Notes: generated from the letters alone by a model not told the origin. A DNA stretch of 64,000 nucleotides from Verrucomicrobiota bacterium (GCA_039798785.1 JBDKFG010000029.1:13124-77123); one strand, 5' to 3'. Shown: positions 38,088-48,210, numbered from the stretch's first letter. A program made the numbers and translations.

Positions 38088-39062
38088 TCAAAATTCCGGG
38101 CGTTTGCGGGCGGCTTTGCGGAGGCGGTCCATGATCGCCAGGCCGAGGCCGTTTTCGGGGAAGCTTTCGGCGAGGATCAGGTCGAGTCCTTCGTCGTCGA
38201 GGCGGTGCAGGGCGGCGAAGAGGCAAGTTGCGGCTTCGTCGAGGGAGCCGCTGCCGGAGAGGACTTCGACCGCTTCGAAGGCGCAGGCCTGGGGCGGGGC
38301 GCGGAAGGCGAGGAGGCCGCAGCGCAGGCCGGGGCGCGGCACCGGCGCGGCGCCGGGAGCGAGGAAGCTCAGGGGCGTCTTCGGGGCGTAGTGCGACAGC
38401 AGTTGGCCTGGCGCCAAGGGGATGTCGAGCACCGCCTGGCCGCGCTTCACCGGGCCGATCACCTTCTCGATCTCCTCCAGCGCGAGAGCGCCGGGACGAA
38501 GGAGCTCGGGAGCGCCGCGCGACAGGTCGAGAATGGTCGATTCGACCCCGCGCTGGCAAGGGCCGCCGTCGAGTACCATGGCGATGCGATCACCAAGCTG
38601 CTCTTCGACGTGTTGGGCGCAGGTCGGGCTGAGGTAGCCGAAGGGGTTGGCGCTAGGCGCCGCGAGGGGGCGTCCGCAAGCCTTGAGCAGGGCAAGGGCG
38701 ACGGGGTGCTCGGGAACCCTCAGGCCGACGCTGGGGAGGCCGGAAGTGACGATGTCCGGGACGATGTCGCGGCGCTTGAGGATCAGCGTCAGAGGGCCGG
38801 GCCAGAAGAGGCGGGCGAGCTGGCGGGCGGCCTCGGGGATCTCGGCAGCGAGGGCGAACGCGGCTTCGGCGTCGGCGCAGTGGACGATGAGCGGATCGAA
38901 GGAAGGGCGGCCTTTGGCGGCGAAGATGCCGGCGGCGGCAGATGGCGACAAGGCGTCGGCGGCAAGGCCGTAGACCGTCTCGGTGGGCATGCCGACCAGA
39001 CCGCCTTCCCGGAGGATGGAGGCGGCTTCGGCGATGGCTTCGGGAGTGGCGGGGCGGATCAT
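38088..39062 (-). CDS. tsaC: L-threonylcarbamoyladenylate synthase (Sua5-type, with C-terminal SUA5 domain)
   Basis: PTETVYGL, KGRPSFDPLIVH, APSAN, GVESTI, APGQL.SHYAP and AIMDRL motifs. Confidence 0.93.
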   Translation of the reverse strand: MIRPATPEAIAEAASILREGGLVGMPTETVYGLAADALSPSAAAGIFAAKGRPSFDPLIVHCADAEAAFALAAEIPEAARQLARLFWPGPLTLILKRRDIVPDIVTSGLPSVGLRVPEHPVALALLKACGRPLAAPSANPFGYLSPTCAQHVEEQLGDRIAMVLDGGPCQRGVESTILDLSRGAPELLRPGALALEEIEKVIGPVKRGQAVLDIPLAPGQLLSHYAPKTPLSFLAPGAAPVPRPGLRCGLLAFRAPPQACAFEAVEVLSGSGSLDEAATCLFAALHRLDDEGLDLILAESFPENGLGLAIMDRLRKAARKRPEF

Positions 39063-39067
39063 GGGAT

Positions 39068-39185
39068 AAAGTTTAAAGGTTTAAAGTTGAAAGTTGAAAG
39101 CTGAAGCTCAGGGATGGACCCCGAAGCGGGTCGGAGATTTTAGCTCAGGGTTGAGCCGCATCGGCGACACCCTGGGGCAGAGAAG
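39068..39185. repeat. GTTGAAA-like array followed by a REP-like element
   Basis: AAAGTTTAAAGGTTTAAAGTTGAAAGTTGAAAG, then GACCCCGAAGCGGGTC..TAGCTCAGGGTTGAGCCGCATCGGCGACACCCTGGG at 39117-39185, nearly identical to the reverse complement of 41196-41263. Confidence 0.85.
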
Positions 39186-39203
39186 TGCTTCCCCCTTCCT
39201 CCC

Positions 39204-39983
39204 TCACAACGCTGGTTTGACCGGGAAGCGCCCTTTCAAGGCTTCTTTGGCGATCTTCTTGGTGTCTTCGGGGAAGTCGTTGCTGATCATCCAGGAGAGG
39301 AAGCCGGGGTCGGTGGCGGCGAGGGTTTTGAGGAGGGTTCCGCTTTTTTTGCCGAAGGCGATGGCGGCTTCTTCGCCCTGCCAGTGGAAGCGGCCGGCGG
39401 CGTCGACGAAGCGTTCGTCGCGGCAGAACTGGGCGATCTCGGCGGTTTTCAGCGGCAGGTCCTCGTAGCGCTCGCTTTGAGCGAGGAAGACTTGCACCGT
39501 GGCGAGGACGTCGGCCTCGGCGGAGTGAGCGCCTTCGAGGGTTTTGCCGCAGTAGAAGCGGTAGGCGGCCTCGAGGGTTCGGGGCTCCTTTTTGTGGAAG
39601 ATCCGCTGGGCGTCGACGATCTGGAAGGCGGCGGGGTCGAAGGGCTTGCCGATCCGTTTGAATTCTTCGGTGAGCATCGGCAGGTCGAAGCGGGCGATGT
39701 TGAAGCCGCCGAGGTCGCAGCCGCTCAGGTAATCGATCAGGCCCTTGCTGATCTGGAGGAAAGTCGGGCAATCCTTGAGCATTTCGTCGGTGATCCCGGT
39801 GATCCGCGACGACTCGGGGGAGATCGGCTTGCCGGGGTTGAGGCGTTTGGTGCGGGGTTCATCGAGGCTGCCGTCGGGCATCAGCTTGACGCAGGAGATC
39901 TCGATGATCCGGTCCTCGCTGGGGTTGAGGCCGGTGGTTTCGAGGTCGAAGAAGACGATCGGGCGGTCGAGCTGGAGTTTCAT
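39204..39983 (-). CDS. DEDDh 3'-5' exonuclease (DnaQ/Pol III epsilon-like)
   Basis: FFDLETTG, GFNIARFD and AHSAEAD motifs; FGK C-terminal domain. Confidence 0.9.
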   Translation of the reverse strand: MKLQLDRPIVFFDLETTGLNPSEDRIIEISCVKLMPDGSLDEPRTKRLNPGKPISPESSRITGITDEMLKDCPTFLQISKGLIDYLSGCDLGGFNIARFDLPMLTEEFKRIGKPFDPAAFQIVDAQRIFHKKEPRTLEAAYRFYCGKTLEGAHSAEADVLATVQVFLAQSERYEDLPLKTAEIAQFCRDERFVDAAGRFHWQGEEAAIAFGKKSGTLLKTLAATDPGFLSWMISNDFPEDTKKIAKEALKGRFPVKPAL

Positions 39984-40036
39984 GGAGCCTTGGGGGTTGG
40001 ACGGTGAGAAAGAGACACGAAAGCGCGAAAATGGAA

Positions 40037-40061
40037 AGGCCCCGGCGCGAAACCGGGGCCT
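40037..40061 (-). terminator. Probable intrinsic terminator
   Basis: AGGCCCCGG-N7-CCGGGGCCT stem with a T-rich tail on the minus strand, about 20 nt after the 40080 stop. Confidence 0.65.
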
Positions 40062-40079
40062 CTTCTCAAGTCAGCGGGC

Positions 40080-40901
40080 TCAGTTGCCGAAGGGGTTGAG
40101 CTTCTTCAGGCCTTCGACGGCCTTGCCGGCGCCTTCGCCGATGGCCTTGCCGGCGTCCTTGCCCATCTCGCCGACCTTGCTGGCTCCGTCGCCGATCAGC
40201 TTGCCGGCCTTGTTGAGGGCGTCCTTGACGACGTTGCTGACGCTGGCGAGGATGCTGTTGAAGATCTCCTTGACTGCTTCGGCGGTGGAGACGCCTTCGG
40301 CCTTCTCGTCGGAGCCGCCGATGTCCTTGAGGGTGAGGGGCGGCATCGGGATGGCGGTGTTGAGCGAGCCGATCATGATCGAGGAGTTTTCGACGCGGAC
40401 CAGCTTGATGATCACCTTCTTGCCGGGCTTCTCCTCGGCCTTGGGCTCTTCGGCTTCCGGCTTCTTGCCTTCTTCCGGCTTCTTGTCGCCGCCGAGCTTG
40501 TTGACGAAGTCCTCGATGTTCTTCTGCAGGGTGGTGAGGTTCTCTCCGGTGAAGCCTTCCCAGTCGATCTGGGTGCCGCTGATCAGGACTTCGTCGATGA
40601 TGATCTTGTCGCTGAGGAGTGAGGAGGGCTGGAGCTTGACCGAGAACTTGTCGAACTTGAAGGCGTGCGGCTGTTTGTAGTCGCCCTTGGGGTTGCCGAC
40701 GGAGAAGCCTTCGATCGAGCAGGAGCCGGTGAGGGGGTTGAGCGAGGCGCCGCTGATGTCGCAGGGGGATTGGGTGATCTTCGGGCCTACTTCGCTGACG
40801 CCGGTCTTGACAATGCTGCCGAAGAAGAGGACGCCGCAGATCAGGCCGAGGACGAGGAGGGCGAGGAGGACGCCGAGGACGATGAGGATTTTCTTTTTCA
40901 C
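40080..40901 (-). CDS. AsmA-like membrane-anchored protein
   Basis: GTG start, KKKILIVLGVLL TM, VGNPKG, SLLSDKIIIDEV and LTLKDIG motifs. Confidence 0.7.
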   Translation of the reverse strand: MKKKILIVLGVLLALLVLGLICGVLFFGSIVKTGVSEVGPKITQSPCDISGASLNPLTGSCSIEGFSVGNPKGDYKQPHAFKFDKFSVKLQPSSLLSDKIIIDEVLISGTQIDWEGFTGENLTTLQKNIEDFVNKLGGDKKPEEGKKPEAEEPKAEEKPGKKVIIKLVRVENSSIMIGSLNTAIPMPPLTLKDIGGSDEKAEGVSTAEAVKEIFNSILASVSNVVKDALNKAGKLIGDGASKVGEMGKDAGKAIGEGAGKAVEGLKKLNPFGN

Positions 40902-41098
40902 GAGGGGACCTTGGGTTGGGGAGATGAGCGGCGGAAGATAAGCGGCAATGCCGAGCTGAACAGGGTGCGACGGCAAAAAAGCGCGGCCTGGATGAATCAC
41001 TCGAAGGAACGAAAAGGGCAAGCGGGCCACAAAAGTCTGCGAACTGCGCAAAGGCCTTGCGCTCGCTGCGCGAGGCGAAATCGCTTTCAGGCTCCAAT

Positions 41099-41263
41099 CC
41101 GTGGGCGATGCCCACGGCTATGCGGTGACCTTTGAGCCTAAATTCCACACCCGCATTCAGAGCCTCCGCGACCCCTTCGGGGTCAAATTCATAAGCTCTT
41201 CTGACCCAGGGTGTCGCCGATGCGGCTCAACCCTGGGCTAAATTCTGAGACTCCTTCGGAGTC
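41099..41263. repeat. Cluster of REP-like palindromes
   Basis: CCGTGGGCGATGCCCACGG, GACCCCTTCGGGGTC, CCCAGGGTGTCGCCGATGCGGCTCAACCCTGGG and GACTCCTTCGGAGTC. Confidence 0.8.
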
Positions 41264-41358
41264 ACACAAACTGAGCTCAATAAGGAGGTAAGCTTGAGGC
41301 TTGATTTAGAGGTTGCCCCTCGTTGTGTCCCCCTTGTGTCCCAGTTGTGTTTCACTTT

Positions 41359-42309
41359 TCACTTCTTCTTGAGGAACTGGTCTTCTTTGATCCAGCCGCT
41401 GAGATTCAGGGCGAAGGGCTCGCCGCCGTCCTTTTCGGTGATCTTGGCCGGCGCCAGGCTTTCGATCCGGCAGACCTTGAGGCTGCCGCCCTTGGGCAGC
41501 TGCAAGGTCTTGCGTTCTTTGAGGCGGCAGGCGGCGTCCTCGGTCAGGAGGAAGGCGCCGCGGGCGAGGGTGCCGGCGGCGAGCTTGTCGAAATAGCCGG
41601 CTAGGGCGGCGTCGTCGGAAGCATGCATGGCGATCACCCGGGTGCCCTTGGCCAAGGTGCCTTGGGGCTCTTTGTCGGTGTATTTGTCAAGAAAGGCGGG
41701 CCAGGCCGCCTTGAGTTCGGCGGCGGCTAGGCGGCTGAGGGCCTCTCGCTGTTTATTCATGGCCAGGAGCGCCGTCTTCATCTTCTGGCGGGAAGCCTTG
41801 CCTTCGGGGCTGTTTCCACCGTCGAGGTCGATCCGGTCGCTGACGCGCAGTTGTTCTCGGTAGTTGAGGTTTGCGATTTCGAGATTGTACTGATCGACCG
41901 CCAGTTTCAGCTGCGTCTTGGCTTGGAGGAGTGGCCAATCAGGATCGGCGAGAGGATCGGACCGCCGTTCCTTTTTGTAGGCTGCCGCTGCCTGTTTGAG
42001 TTCAGCGCCTTGGAGGCCGGCGAGCCGCCCGAGGGCGCCGAGCTTGTCGCGGCGCGGAGCCGGCAGGCGTGACGGATCGAGGGCGATCGCCAGCCAGTCG
42101 AGGAAGACCTGGGAATCGAGGCTGTACTGGCTATGAGCTGCCAGCGGCTTGCCGTCTTCGCCGTCGAGGCGAGCCCAGGCGCCTTCAGCGTGGAAGCCGG
42201 GGCGCGTGATGAGTTTCGGCGCTGGACAGACGAAGCCGTCATCGGGGCTGGCAGGGGAGGGAGCGAAGGCCACGAAGGCGGCGAGCAGAAGTGAGGAGCT
42301 GGTTGTCAT
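41359..42309 (-). CDS. Exported hypothetical protein
   Basis: AGGAG RBS and signal peptide MTTSSSLLLAAFVAFA; coiled-coil middle region. Confidence 0.6.
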   Translation of the reverse strand: MTTSSSLLLAAFVAFAPSPASPDDGFVCPAPKLITRPGFHAEGAWARLDGEDGKPLAAHSQYSLDSQVFLDWLAIALDPSRLPAPRRDKLGALGRLAGLQGAELKQAAAAYKKERRSDPLADPDWPLLQAKTQLKLAVDQYNLEIANLNYREQLRVSDRIDLDGGNSPEGKASRQKMKTALLAMNKQREALSRLAAAELKAAWPAFLDKYTDKEPQGTLAKGTRVIAMHASDDAALAGYFDKLAAGTLARGAFLLTEDAACRLKERKTLQLPKGGSLKVCRIESLAPAKITEKDGGEPFALNLSGWIKEDQFLKKK

Positions 42310-42336
42310 GGCGGGACTCCTTTTGGACATTAAGAT

Positions 42337-44547
42337 TCAACTCTCGTAGAGCGCCCGCAGTTCCTGGTCGGCGCGGCGGAGGCGGAGAGAGATGGTGCGG
42401 GCGAGGCGGGCGAAGACCCGGACGCCGACGGCGGGGTGAAGGCGGGAGACTTCGTCGAAGCGGGCGCGCGAGATCACCCAGAGGCTGCAGGGGAGTGCGG
42501 CGACGGCGTCGGCTGAGCGCGCGGCGCCGCGATCGAGAAAGGCCATTTCGCCGAAGAAGGAGCCGCGTCCGAAGGAGGCGAGGTTGTGATGGCCCTTCTC
42601 CAGCGGCAGGACGATGCGGACGACGCCGCTGCGGACGATGTAGAGTTCGTCCCCCTGATTGCCGGCGGCGAAGATATTTTCGCCGCCGGCGAACTCCCGC
42701 TCCTGGGCGCAGGCGGCGAGGGCGGCGAGGTGCTCGGGGTCGAGTTCGCGGAAGAGCTCTGCCTCGGCGAGGTCGAGCGGCGGCTCGCGGCCGGTGAGGA
42801 AGCAGGCTTCGCTCTCCAGGATGCGGTCTTCGACCCACCGCATCGAGTCGTCGAGGCTGTCGAAGCGGAGGACATGGCGCGACGAGTCGAGGACGCCTAT
42901 CTGGTCGAAATAGGCGCGAAGGTCGCGTCCGTTCGGCAGGCTTTCGGGCAGGCGGCTGAAGATCAGCCATCCGCTCCTCTCCTTCAACTGGCCTTCGAGC
43001 TGCTCCATCAGGTGGGCGGCGGTGTAGTCGACCGACTGGACGCGGCGGAGGTCGAGGATCAGGTAGCGGCATTCGCGCAGGTCGTCGGCGACTTCGCTGC
43101 GGAGCTGGTCGGTGGTGCCGAAGAAGAGGCTGCCCTGAAGTTCGAGGATGCGCACCTGGTTGCCGTGAGCTTCGAGGATGGCCTGCTCCGCCGGCAGGCG
43201 TTGCTGCTTCGAGGAGAACTGCCGTCCGGTGAGCTTGCGGCGGATGACCGAGCCGCGGATCTGCTCGCGGATGAAGAGGAGGATGGCGAGGGCGAGACCG
43301 GCGCCGGCGGCGGCGATGAGGTTCCAGCCCACCGCCACCGCGATCACTGCGGCGATGACGCAGAAGTCGAGGATTGTGCCGCGCTGGCGCAGGAGGAGGA
43401 AGCTCTTCCAGTCGATCATCCGGCAGGCGCCGACGACGAGGATGCCGGCGAGCGCCGCCAGGGGCAGCCAGGCGAGGAGGGAGGGGCAGAGGAGCAGGGC
43501 GGCGAGGACGAAGAAGCCTTCGCAGACTCCGGAGCGGCGGGTGTGGCCCCCGCTGTTGAGGTTGACCATCGTTGCTCCCATGGTGCCTGCTCCTGGCATG
43601 CCGCCGAGGATCGCTGAGCAGAGGTTGCCGGCACCCTGGCCGATGAGCTCGCGGTTGGAGTCGTGGCGGCTGCGGGTCAGGGCATCGACCACGACGCAGG
43701 TCTTGAGGGTGTCGATGGAGAGGAGCACCGAGAGCATCAGAGCGGGCATCACCAGGTCCTGCCAGTCGTGCAGGCTCAATCCCCGGAGCTGCTGCCAGAG
43801 TCCAGGGATGTCGGGCAGCAGGCAGCCGAGGCTGAGATCGATCTTGCCGATCACCAGAGGATTCATCCGGCGCAGCTCGGGAGCCCAGAAACTGAGGACG
43901 AAATAGGCGAGCATGCCCGCCGCCAGGCCGAGGATGGTCGCCGGCATCTTGCGGGTCAGGCGCGGGCCGAAGAGGACGCCGAGTATCGTGACCAGGCTGA
44001 CCAGGAGGGCCGGGCCCTGCCAGGAGCCGGGTTGGAGGAGGGCGGCGCCCAGCTTGAGATCCTTCGGTGCGCCGAGCAGCTTCGGCACCTGGCTGAGGAT
44101 GATCAGGGCGCCGACACCGCTGAGGTAGCCGGAAACCACCGGGTAGGGGATGTATTTGATCAGGCGGCCGCCGCCGAGGAAGCCGTAGAGGAGCTGCAGC
44201 AGGGCGGAGAACAGGGCCACCAGGGTGAGGATGACGACGATCTTCTCCGGCGGCAAGGCGCCGGCGCCGCGATGGGCGCCGCTGAGACACTCGGCCACCA
44301 GGGCCGCTAGGACCGCCGCCGCCGGCGCGCAGGGAGCCGAAATCAAGCGCGGCGCGCCGCCGAGAAAGGGCGCCACCAGGCCGATGCACAATGCGCCGAG
44401 AATCCCCGCCCGCACCCCCGCGGCGATGTATTCGCTGCCCATCAGGGCATAGACCGCGACCCCATAGGCGATCGAGGCGGGCAGGGCCACCAGCATCGCG
44501 GCGAAGCCGCCCCAGACGTCGTCCACCCATGTTTTTTCTTCTCGCAT
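42337..44547 (-). CDS. SulP/SLC26 anion transporter with STAS and cNMP-binding domains
   Basis: VALPASIAYG, IKYIPYPVVSG, NRELIGQG, LQGSLFFG/DLRRVQSVD (STAS) and FFGEMAFL..RSAD (cNMP). AGGAGG RBS before ATG 44547. Confidence 0.92.
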   Translation of the reverse strand: MREEKTWVDDVWGGFAAMLVALPASIAYGVAVYALMGSEYIAAGVRAGILGALCIGLVAPFLGGAPRLISAPCAPAAAVLAALVAECLSGAHRGAGALPPEKIVVILTLVALFSALLQLLYGFLGGGRLIKYIPYPVVSGYLSGVGALIILSQVPKLLGAPKDLKLGAALLQPGSWQGPALLVSLVTILGVLFGPRLTRKMPATILGLAAGMLAYFVLSFWAPELRRMNPLVIGKIDLSLGCLLPDIPGLWQQLRGLSLHDWQDLVMPALMLSVLLSIDTLKTCVVVDALTRSRHDSNRELIGQGAGNLCSAILGGMPGAGTMGATMVNLNSGGHTRRSGVCEGFFVLAALLLCPSLLAWLPLAALAGILVVGACRMIDWKSFLLLRQRGTILDFCVIAAVIAVAVGWNLIAAAGAGLALAILLFIREQIRGSVIRRKLTGRQFSSKQQRLPAEQAILEAHGNQVRILELQGSLFFGTTDQLRSEVADDLRECRYLILDLRRVQSVDYTAAHLMEQLEGQLKERSGWLIFSRLPESLPNGRDLRAYFDQIGVLDSSRHVLRFDSLDDSMRWVEDRILESEACFLTGREPPLDLAEAELFRELDPEHLAALAACAQEREFAGGENIFAAGNQGDELYIVRSGVVRIVLPLEKGHHNLASFGRGSFFGEMAFLDRGAARSADAVAALPCSLWVISRARFDEVSRLHPAVGVRVFARLARTISLRLRRADQELRALYES

Positions 44548-44640
44548 CGCTTCCTCCTGTACCGGATTATACTCCGAGGCGCTGCGCGACGACAAGTCCG
44601 CAAGCTAGATTGCTTCAGCAAAACACTGGGGACAGCACCG

Positions 44641-45276
44641 ATGGAAAGCCAATTGATTCTCGGCACCGGCACCGGTGTCGGCAAGACCTGGGCCAGCGCC
44701 TGGCTCTGCCGCCGCGGCCTCGGGCAGGGGCGGCGCACCGCCTACCTGAAGCCGGTGCAGACCGGTTGCGGCGATCTTCCCGGCGATGCCGAATGGGTCC
44801 GGGCCCGTTGCGGCGCGTCCCTCCTGCCGGGCTGTCTCGAGCTGGCTTCTCCCTATCGCTTTCCACTGGCCGCCTCGCCGCATCTCGCCGCGCGCGAGGC
44901 CGGTGTCGAAGCTCCGGGAATTGCGGAAGTCGCAAGTGCGATCGCGGCGCTGGTCGAGGTGGCCGCGCCGGAGCTGCTGATCGTCGAAAGCGCCGGTGGC
45001 GTCGCCTCGCCGCTGCGCCTCGGCTGCACCATGGGGGATCTCGCCGCCGCCTTGCGGCTGCCGGTGGTCCTGGTGGCCAGCCCGGGACTCGGCACTCTCT
45101 CTGCCACCGCGACGGCTTTGGAATATCTGAAGAACCGGGGCGTCATCCCAGCCGGCCTGATCGTCTCGGGATGCTCGCCGCAGCCTGATCTGGTCGAGGC
45201 CGACAACCTGCGGCTTCTCGAAGAGATGGCCGCCCCGGGTTTCTTCGAGAAGCTGATGCGCGAGGATTGCCCCTAA
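44641..45276 (+). CDS. bioD: Dethiobiotin synthase
   Basis: GTGTGVGKT, KPVQTG, ASPHLAA, VESAGG and LGTLS motifs. Confidence 0.88.
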   Translation: MESQLILGTGTGVGKTWASAWLCRRGLGQGRRTAYLKPVQTGCGDLPGDAEWVRARCGASLLPGCLELASPYRFPLAASPHLAAREAGVEAPGIAEVASAIAALVEVAAPELLIVESAGGVASPLRLGCTMGDLAAALRLPVVLVASPGLGTLSATATALEYLKNRGVIPAGLIVSGCSPQPDLVEADNLRLLEEMAAPGFFEKLMREDCP

Positions 45277-45290
45277 AAACCGCAGTTGAC

Positions 45291-45450
45291 AAGGTTGAAA
45301 GGTTCAAAGGTTGAAAGGATCAGGCACAGCAGCAAGGGGTTATGGTGTTCGATGGTACTCGGCAACTCCTCCGGCTGGCAGGCATGCAGGTCGAACTAGA
45401 ATCGTCATTTGTCGCTGTTTTTCATGTATTTGCCTTTCAGCCTTCCAAGC
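45291..45450 (-). repeat. GGTTGAAA-array cassette on the minus strand
   Basis: Minus strand reads GGCTGAAAGGCAAATACATGAAAAAC ... CCTTTCAACCTTTGAACCTTTCAACC. Confidence 0.7.
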
Positions 45451-45591
45451 CCGGTTCCATTCCGCTGCTGCGGAATTTAGGTTGACTGAGGACTTGCTGT
45501 CCACGGGCCACTCGGCGGCTTCCCCTTCGTCGAGTCCCTCTTTCGAGGCGCATCTCGTCACGAATCCGTCCTAGACGGCGGTAAAACTCCG

Positions 45592-46191
45592 TCAGTCCCC
45601 GCCGAGGCCGCCAAAAAACTCTGCGGCATCGAGTTCCTTGACCTGGCCCGGGAGCAGATGGCCGAGGCGATGGCCGCCGATGTTGAGGCGGATCAGTCGC
45701 AGGCAGCGATGGCCGGCGGCTTGCACCATCTTCCGGACCTGGCGGAATTTCCCCTCGCTCAGGGTGATCAGCAGCCAGGTGTGGGGATAGGCCTCGCGGG
45801 GATCCCCGGCATGAGCATAGATCGGCTTCGGATCGGTGATGATTTCCGCCGCCTCCGGAACGGCGAGATAGCTTTCGCCGCTCTCGATCCGGATCGGCAC
45901 CCCATTTTTCAGCCGTTGCAGGGTGTCCGGCTTCATGGCGTATTCGACCAGGACGAGATAGGCTCGGGCATGGGGTTCTGGGGCGAGGAAGATCTTGCGG
46001 GTGACGCTTTTGTCGGTGGTGAGGATGAGCAGGCCCTCGGAATCGCGGTCGAGGCGACCGATCGCGTGGGTCCCCTCGGGGAAGTCGAACTCGATGTCGC
46101 CGAGCAGCCCCACCGCATGGCTGCTGAGGAATTGCGACACCAAGCCGCGCGGCTTGTTGATCAGGAAATAGCGAAGCTCGGCGAGGCTCAC
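45592..46191 (-). CDS. Pseudouridine synthase (RluE/RsuA family)
   Basis: INKPRG, GRLDRDSEGLLILT and EGKFRQVRKM..LRLIR motifs; GTG start overlaps the upstream stop. Confidence 0.88.
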   Translation of the reverse strand: MSLAELRYFLINKPRGLVSQFLSSHAVGLLGDIEFDFPEGTHAIGRLDRDSEGLLILTTDKSVTRKIFLAPEPHARAYLVLVEYAMKPDTLQRLKNGVPIRIESGESYLAVPEAAEIITDPKPIYAHAGDPREAYPHTWLLITLSEGKFRQVRKMVQAAGHRCLRLIRLNIGGHRLGHLLPGQVKELDAAEFFGGLGGD

Positions 46192-46763
46192 TTCATCCCG
46201 GCGATCTTGAGGAAGTTGTCGAGCATGGCGTGGCCGTGTTCGGTGAGGATGGCTTCGGGATGGAACTGGACGCCATGGACCGGCAGGCTGCGGTGGCGGA
46301 TTCCCTGGGCCACCTGGTCGTCGGCGCTGCGGGCGGTGACTTCCAGGCAATCTGGGATCGAAACGCCGCAGAGGGAGTGGTAGCGGCAAGCCTTGAAGGG
46401 AGAAGGAAGGCCGGCGAAAAGGCTCTGGCCCTGGTGGACGATGTCGCTCACCTTGCCGTGCATCGGATAGGGAGCGCGGTCGACGATGCCGCCAAATTCG
46501 GCGATGGTCGCCTGCATGCCGAGGCAGACGCCAAGGACGGGCACGCCGCTCTCGGCGAAGGCGCGGATGGCGGCGCAGGAAACCCCGGCCTCCTTAGGCG
46601 AGCAGGGGCCGGGGGAGATCACCACAGCCCTCGGCTGAAGCTCGATCAAGGCCGAGACCCCCAAGGCGTCATTTCGGATCACCTCGGGCCGGTGGCCGAG
46701 CTCGCCGAAATACTGCACCAGATTATAAGTGAAGGAGTCGTAGTTGTCGATCATCAGCAGCAT
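46188..46763 (-). CDS. Anthranilate/aminodeoxychorismate synthase glutamine amidotransferase component (TrpG/PabA)
   Basis: MIDNYDSFTYN, SPGPC, GVCLG, RYHSL and GVQFHPE motifs. Confidence 0.93.
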   Translation of the reverse strand: MLLMIDNYDSFTYNLVQYFGELGHRPEVIRNDALGVSALIELQPRAVVISPGPCSPKEAGVSCAAIRAFAESGVPVLGVCLGMQATIAEFGGIVDRAPYPMHGKVSDIVHQGQSLFAGLPSPFKACRYHSLCGVSIPDCLEVTARSADDQVAQGIRHRSLPVHGVQFHPEAILTEHGHAMLDNFLKIAGMK

Positions 46764-46890
46764 CGGCGGTCTTCCTCGGGTTTTGTCTGACCGCAACTTA
46801 GCGCCGAAGAGCCGTTTCACCACGAAGAAGGGCGGAAGCTCGGAAGCAAACGCGAGAGCCGCTTTCGAAGCAGCCCTTCGCAGGATGCAG

Positions 46891-47793
46891 TCAGTAGACT
46901 GGCAACAGATAGTGTCCGGTGAAGGTGGCTCCGTCCTGCTTCATCGAGATCTTCAACAGATAATAATGGGAGCCCAGCTTGGGATCCTGGTAGGAGAGTG
47001 AAGTGGAAGGTGAGTCTTCAGGAATGACAAAGCTGGGGAGTTCGTGCTTGCTCCCGGGGGCGATTCCGGTCGTGGGCAAGTCCTGGGAAGTTAGGATCTC
47101 ATAATCGGTGATCAAGGCGCCGTTGCCGAGATCGGCGAGGAATTCATGGATCAAATCGACCGAGATTTTGAGTTCTTCGGGTTTGCGCTGCAGTTCATGG
47201 AGCCAGTGCAGATGGATCGCTTCGCCTTTACGAAGAGGGAATTGATTCCAGGCTATCCGCGACTTGCCCCCTCTGGCATCATGCAGGAAAGTCTTGATCA
47301 GGGTGGATAGGCAAAGGAGCAGAAGCAGGTCCATCACCACGGCTATGGCTCCGTAGACGAAACTCTTCTGGGTCCAGGCCATGTAGTTCATCGGCACTCC
47401 GGGGATGAGCAAGGCGGCTGCCAACAGGATGGTGACAAAGTTGTCGGACTTGGAGCTGTAGGTGAATCCTTGGCTGTCCCATTCGTAATCCCAGAGCCAC
47501 TTGTCCCCAGGATGAAGCTGTTTCTGCTCATTCAATCGACGGCTGAGTTTCGCCCTCTGGTGTTGATGCCACTGGGTCGTCACTGCGACGAACATCGCCA
47601 GCACTCCAAAGGAACTCATCAAATAATTGGGTTCGCCGCTGGCGAAAATCAAATTGGCGAAATACAACGCGGCCAGAGTTCCGACGGCAAAGGTGATGAC
47701 CAGGCCGATGCTGATCCGGGATTTGCCGCTGTCGCTTTCGATGCCGCGGATTTGATGGTACTCTCTTTCCTGGATTTGACTTTCCGAGCTCAT
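46891..47793 (-). CDS. Hypothetical membrane protein (about 4 TM)
   Basis: AAGGAG RBS; two pairs of hydrophobic segments; lower GC. Confidence 0.65.
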   Translation of the reverse strand: MSSESQIQEREYHQIRGIESDSGKSRISIGLVITFAVGTLAALYFANLIFASGEPNYLMSSFGVLAMFVAVTTQWHQHQRAKLSRRLNEQKQLHPGDKWLWDYEWDSQGFTYSSKSDNFVTILLAAALLIPGVPMNYMAWTQKSFVYGAIAVVMDLLLLLCLSTLIKTFLHDARGGKSRIAWNQFPLRKGEAIHLHWLHELQRKPEELKISVDLIHEFLADLGNGALITDYEILTSQDLPTTGIAPGSKHELPSFVIPEDSPSTSLSYQDPKLGSHYYLLKISMKQDGATFTGHYLLPVY

Positions 47794-48025
47794 GATTCAC
47801 TCACTCCTTTAATAATCGCGCGAGATAATCCTGGCGCTTGAAGCAGGTTAAGCCTGAACGGGGTGGCATCGCAAGTCTACCACGAAAAAAACCGGCCTGT
47901 ATGACTCTGAAATCAGGTTTGGCGCCTGCAGCAGCGCCACCTGCTTCTCCATTGTGGCAAGGATCTCGTCGAGCTGGGTCGATTTCTCGAGCCGATCATC
48001 TTGAGCAGATGATGTCCGTGTAGGA

Positions 48026-48169
48026 TCGGCGGGGAGCCGTTCGTCATTCCTGACAAGTCGCCGTCACCGGCGATGGCAAATTCCGGGGAAAATCCGGTCG
48101 CCAGCGCCGAGGCGGAAAGTCATAAGAGCTCTAACTTAGCAGGCGCTTGACGGCTGCGGCTGTCGCCGA
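48026..48169 (+). other. Candidate structured RNA leader upstream of gcvH (unclassified)
   Basis: Nested complementary segments TCGGCG/CGCCGA, AGCCGT/ACGGCT and AGCGCC/GGCGCT, plus three internal hairpins. Confidence 0.3.
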
Positions 48170-48210
48170 ATTTTCCAAAAGACAAGAAACCCGAGACAGG
48201 AGAAGAAATC

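Noticed and set aside
45340..45561. 73-aa ORF between bioD and the pseudouridine synthase
   Set aside because: It runs through a repeat-cassette arm and has no recognisable motif.
48026..48169. Firm call as a glycine, FMN, cobalamin or c-di-GMP riboswitch
   Set aside because: Only fragments of each consensus are present; kept as unclassified.
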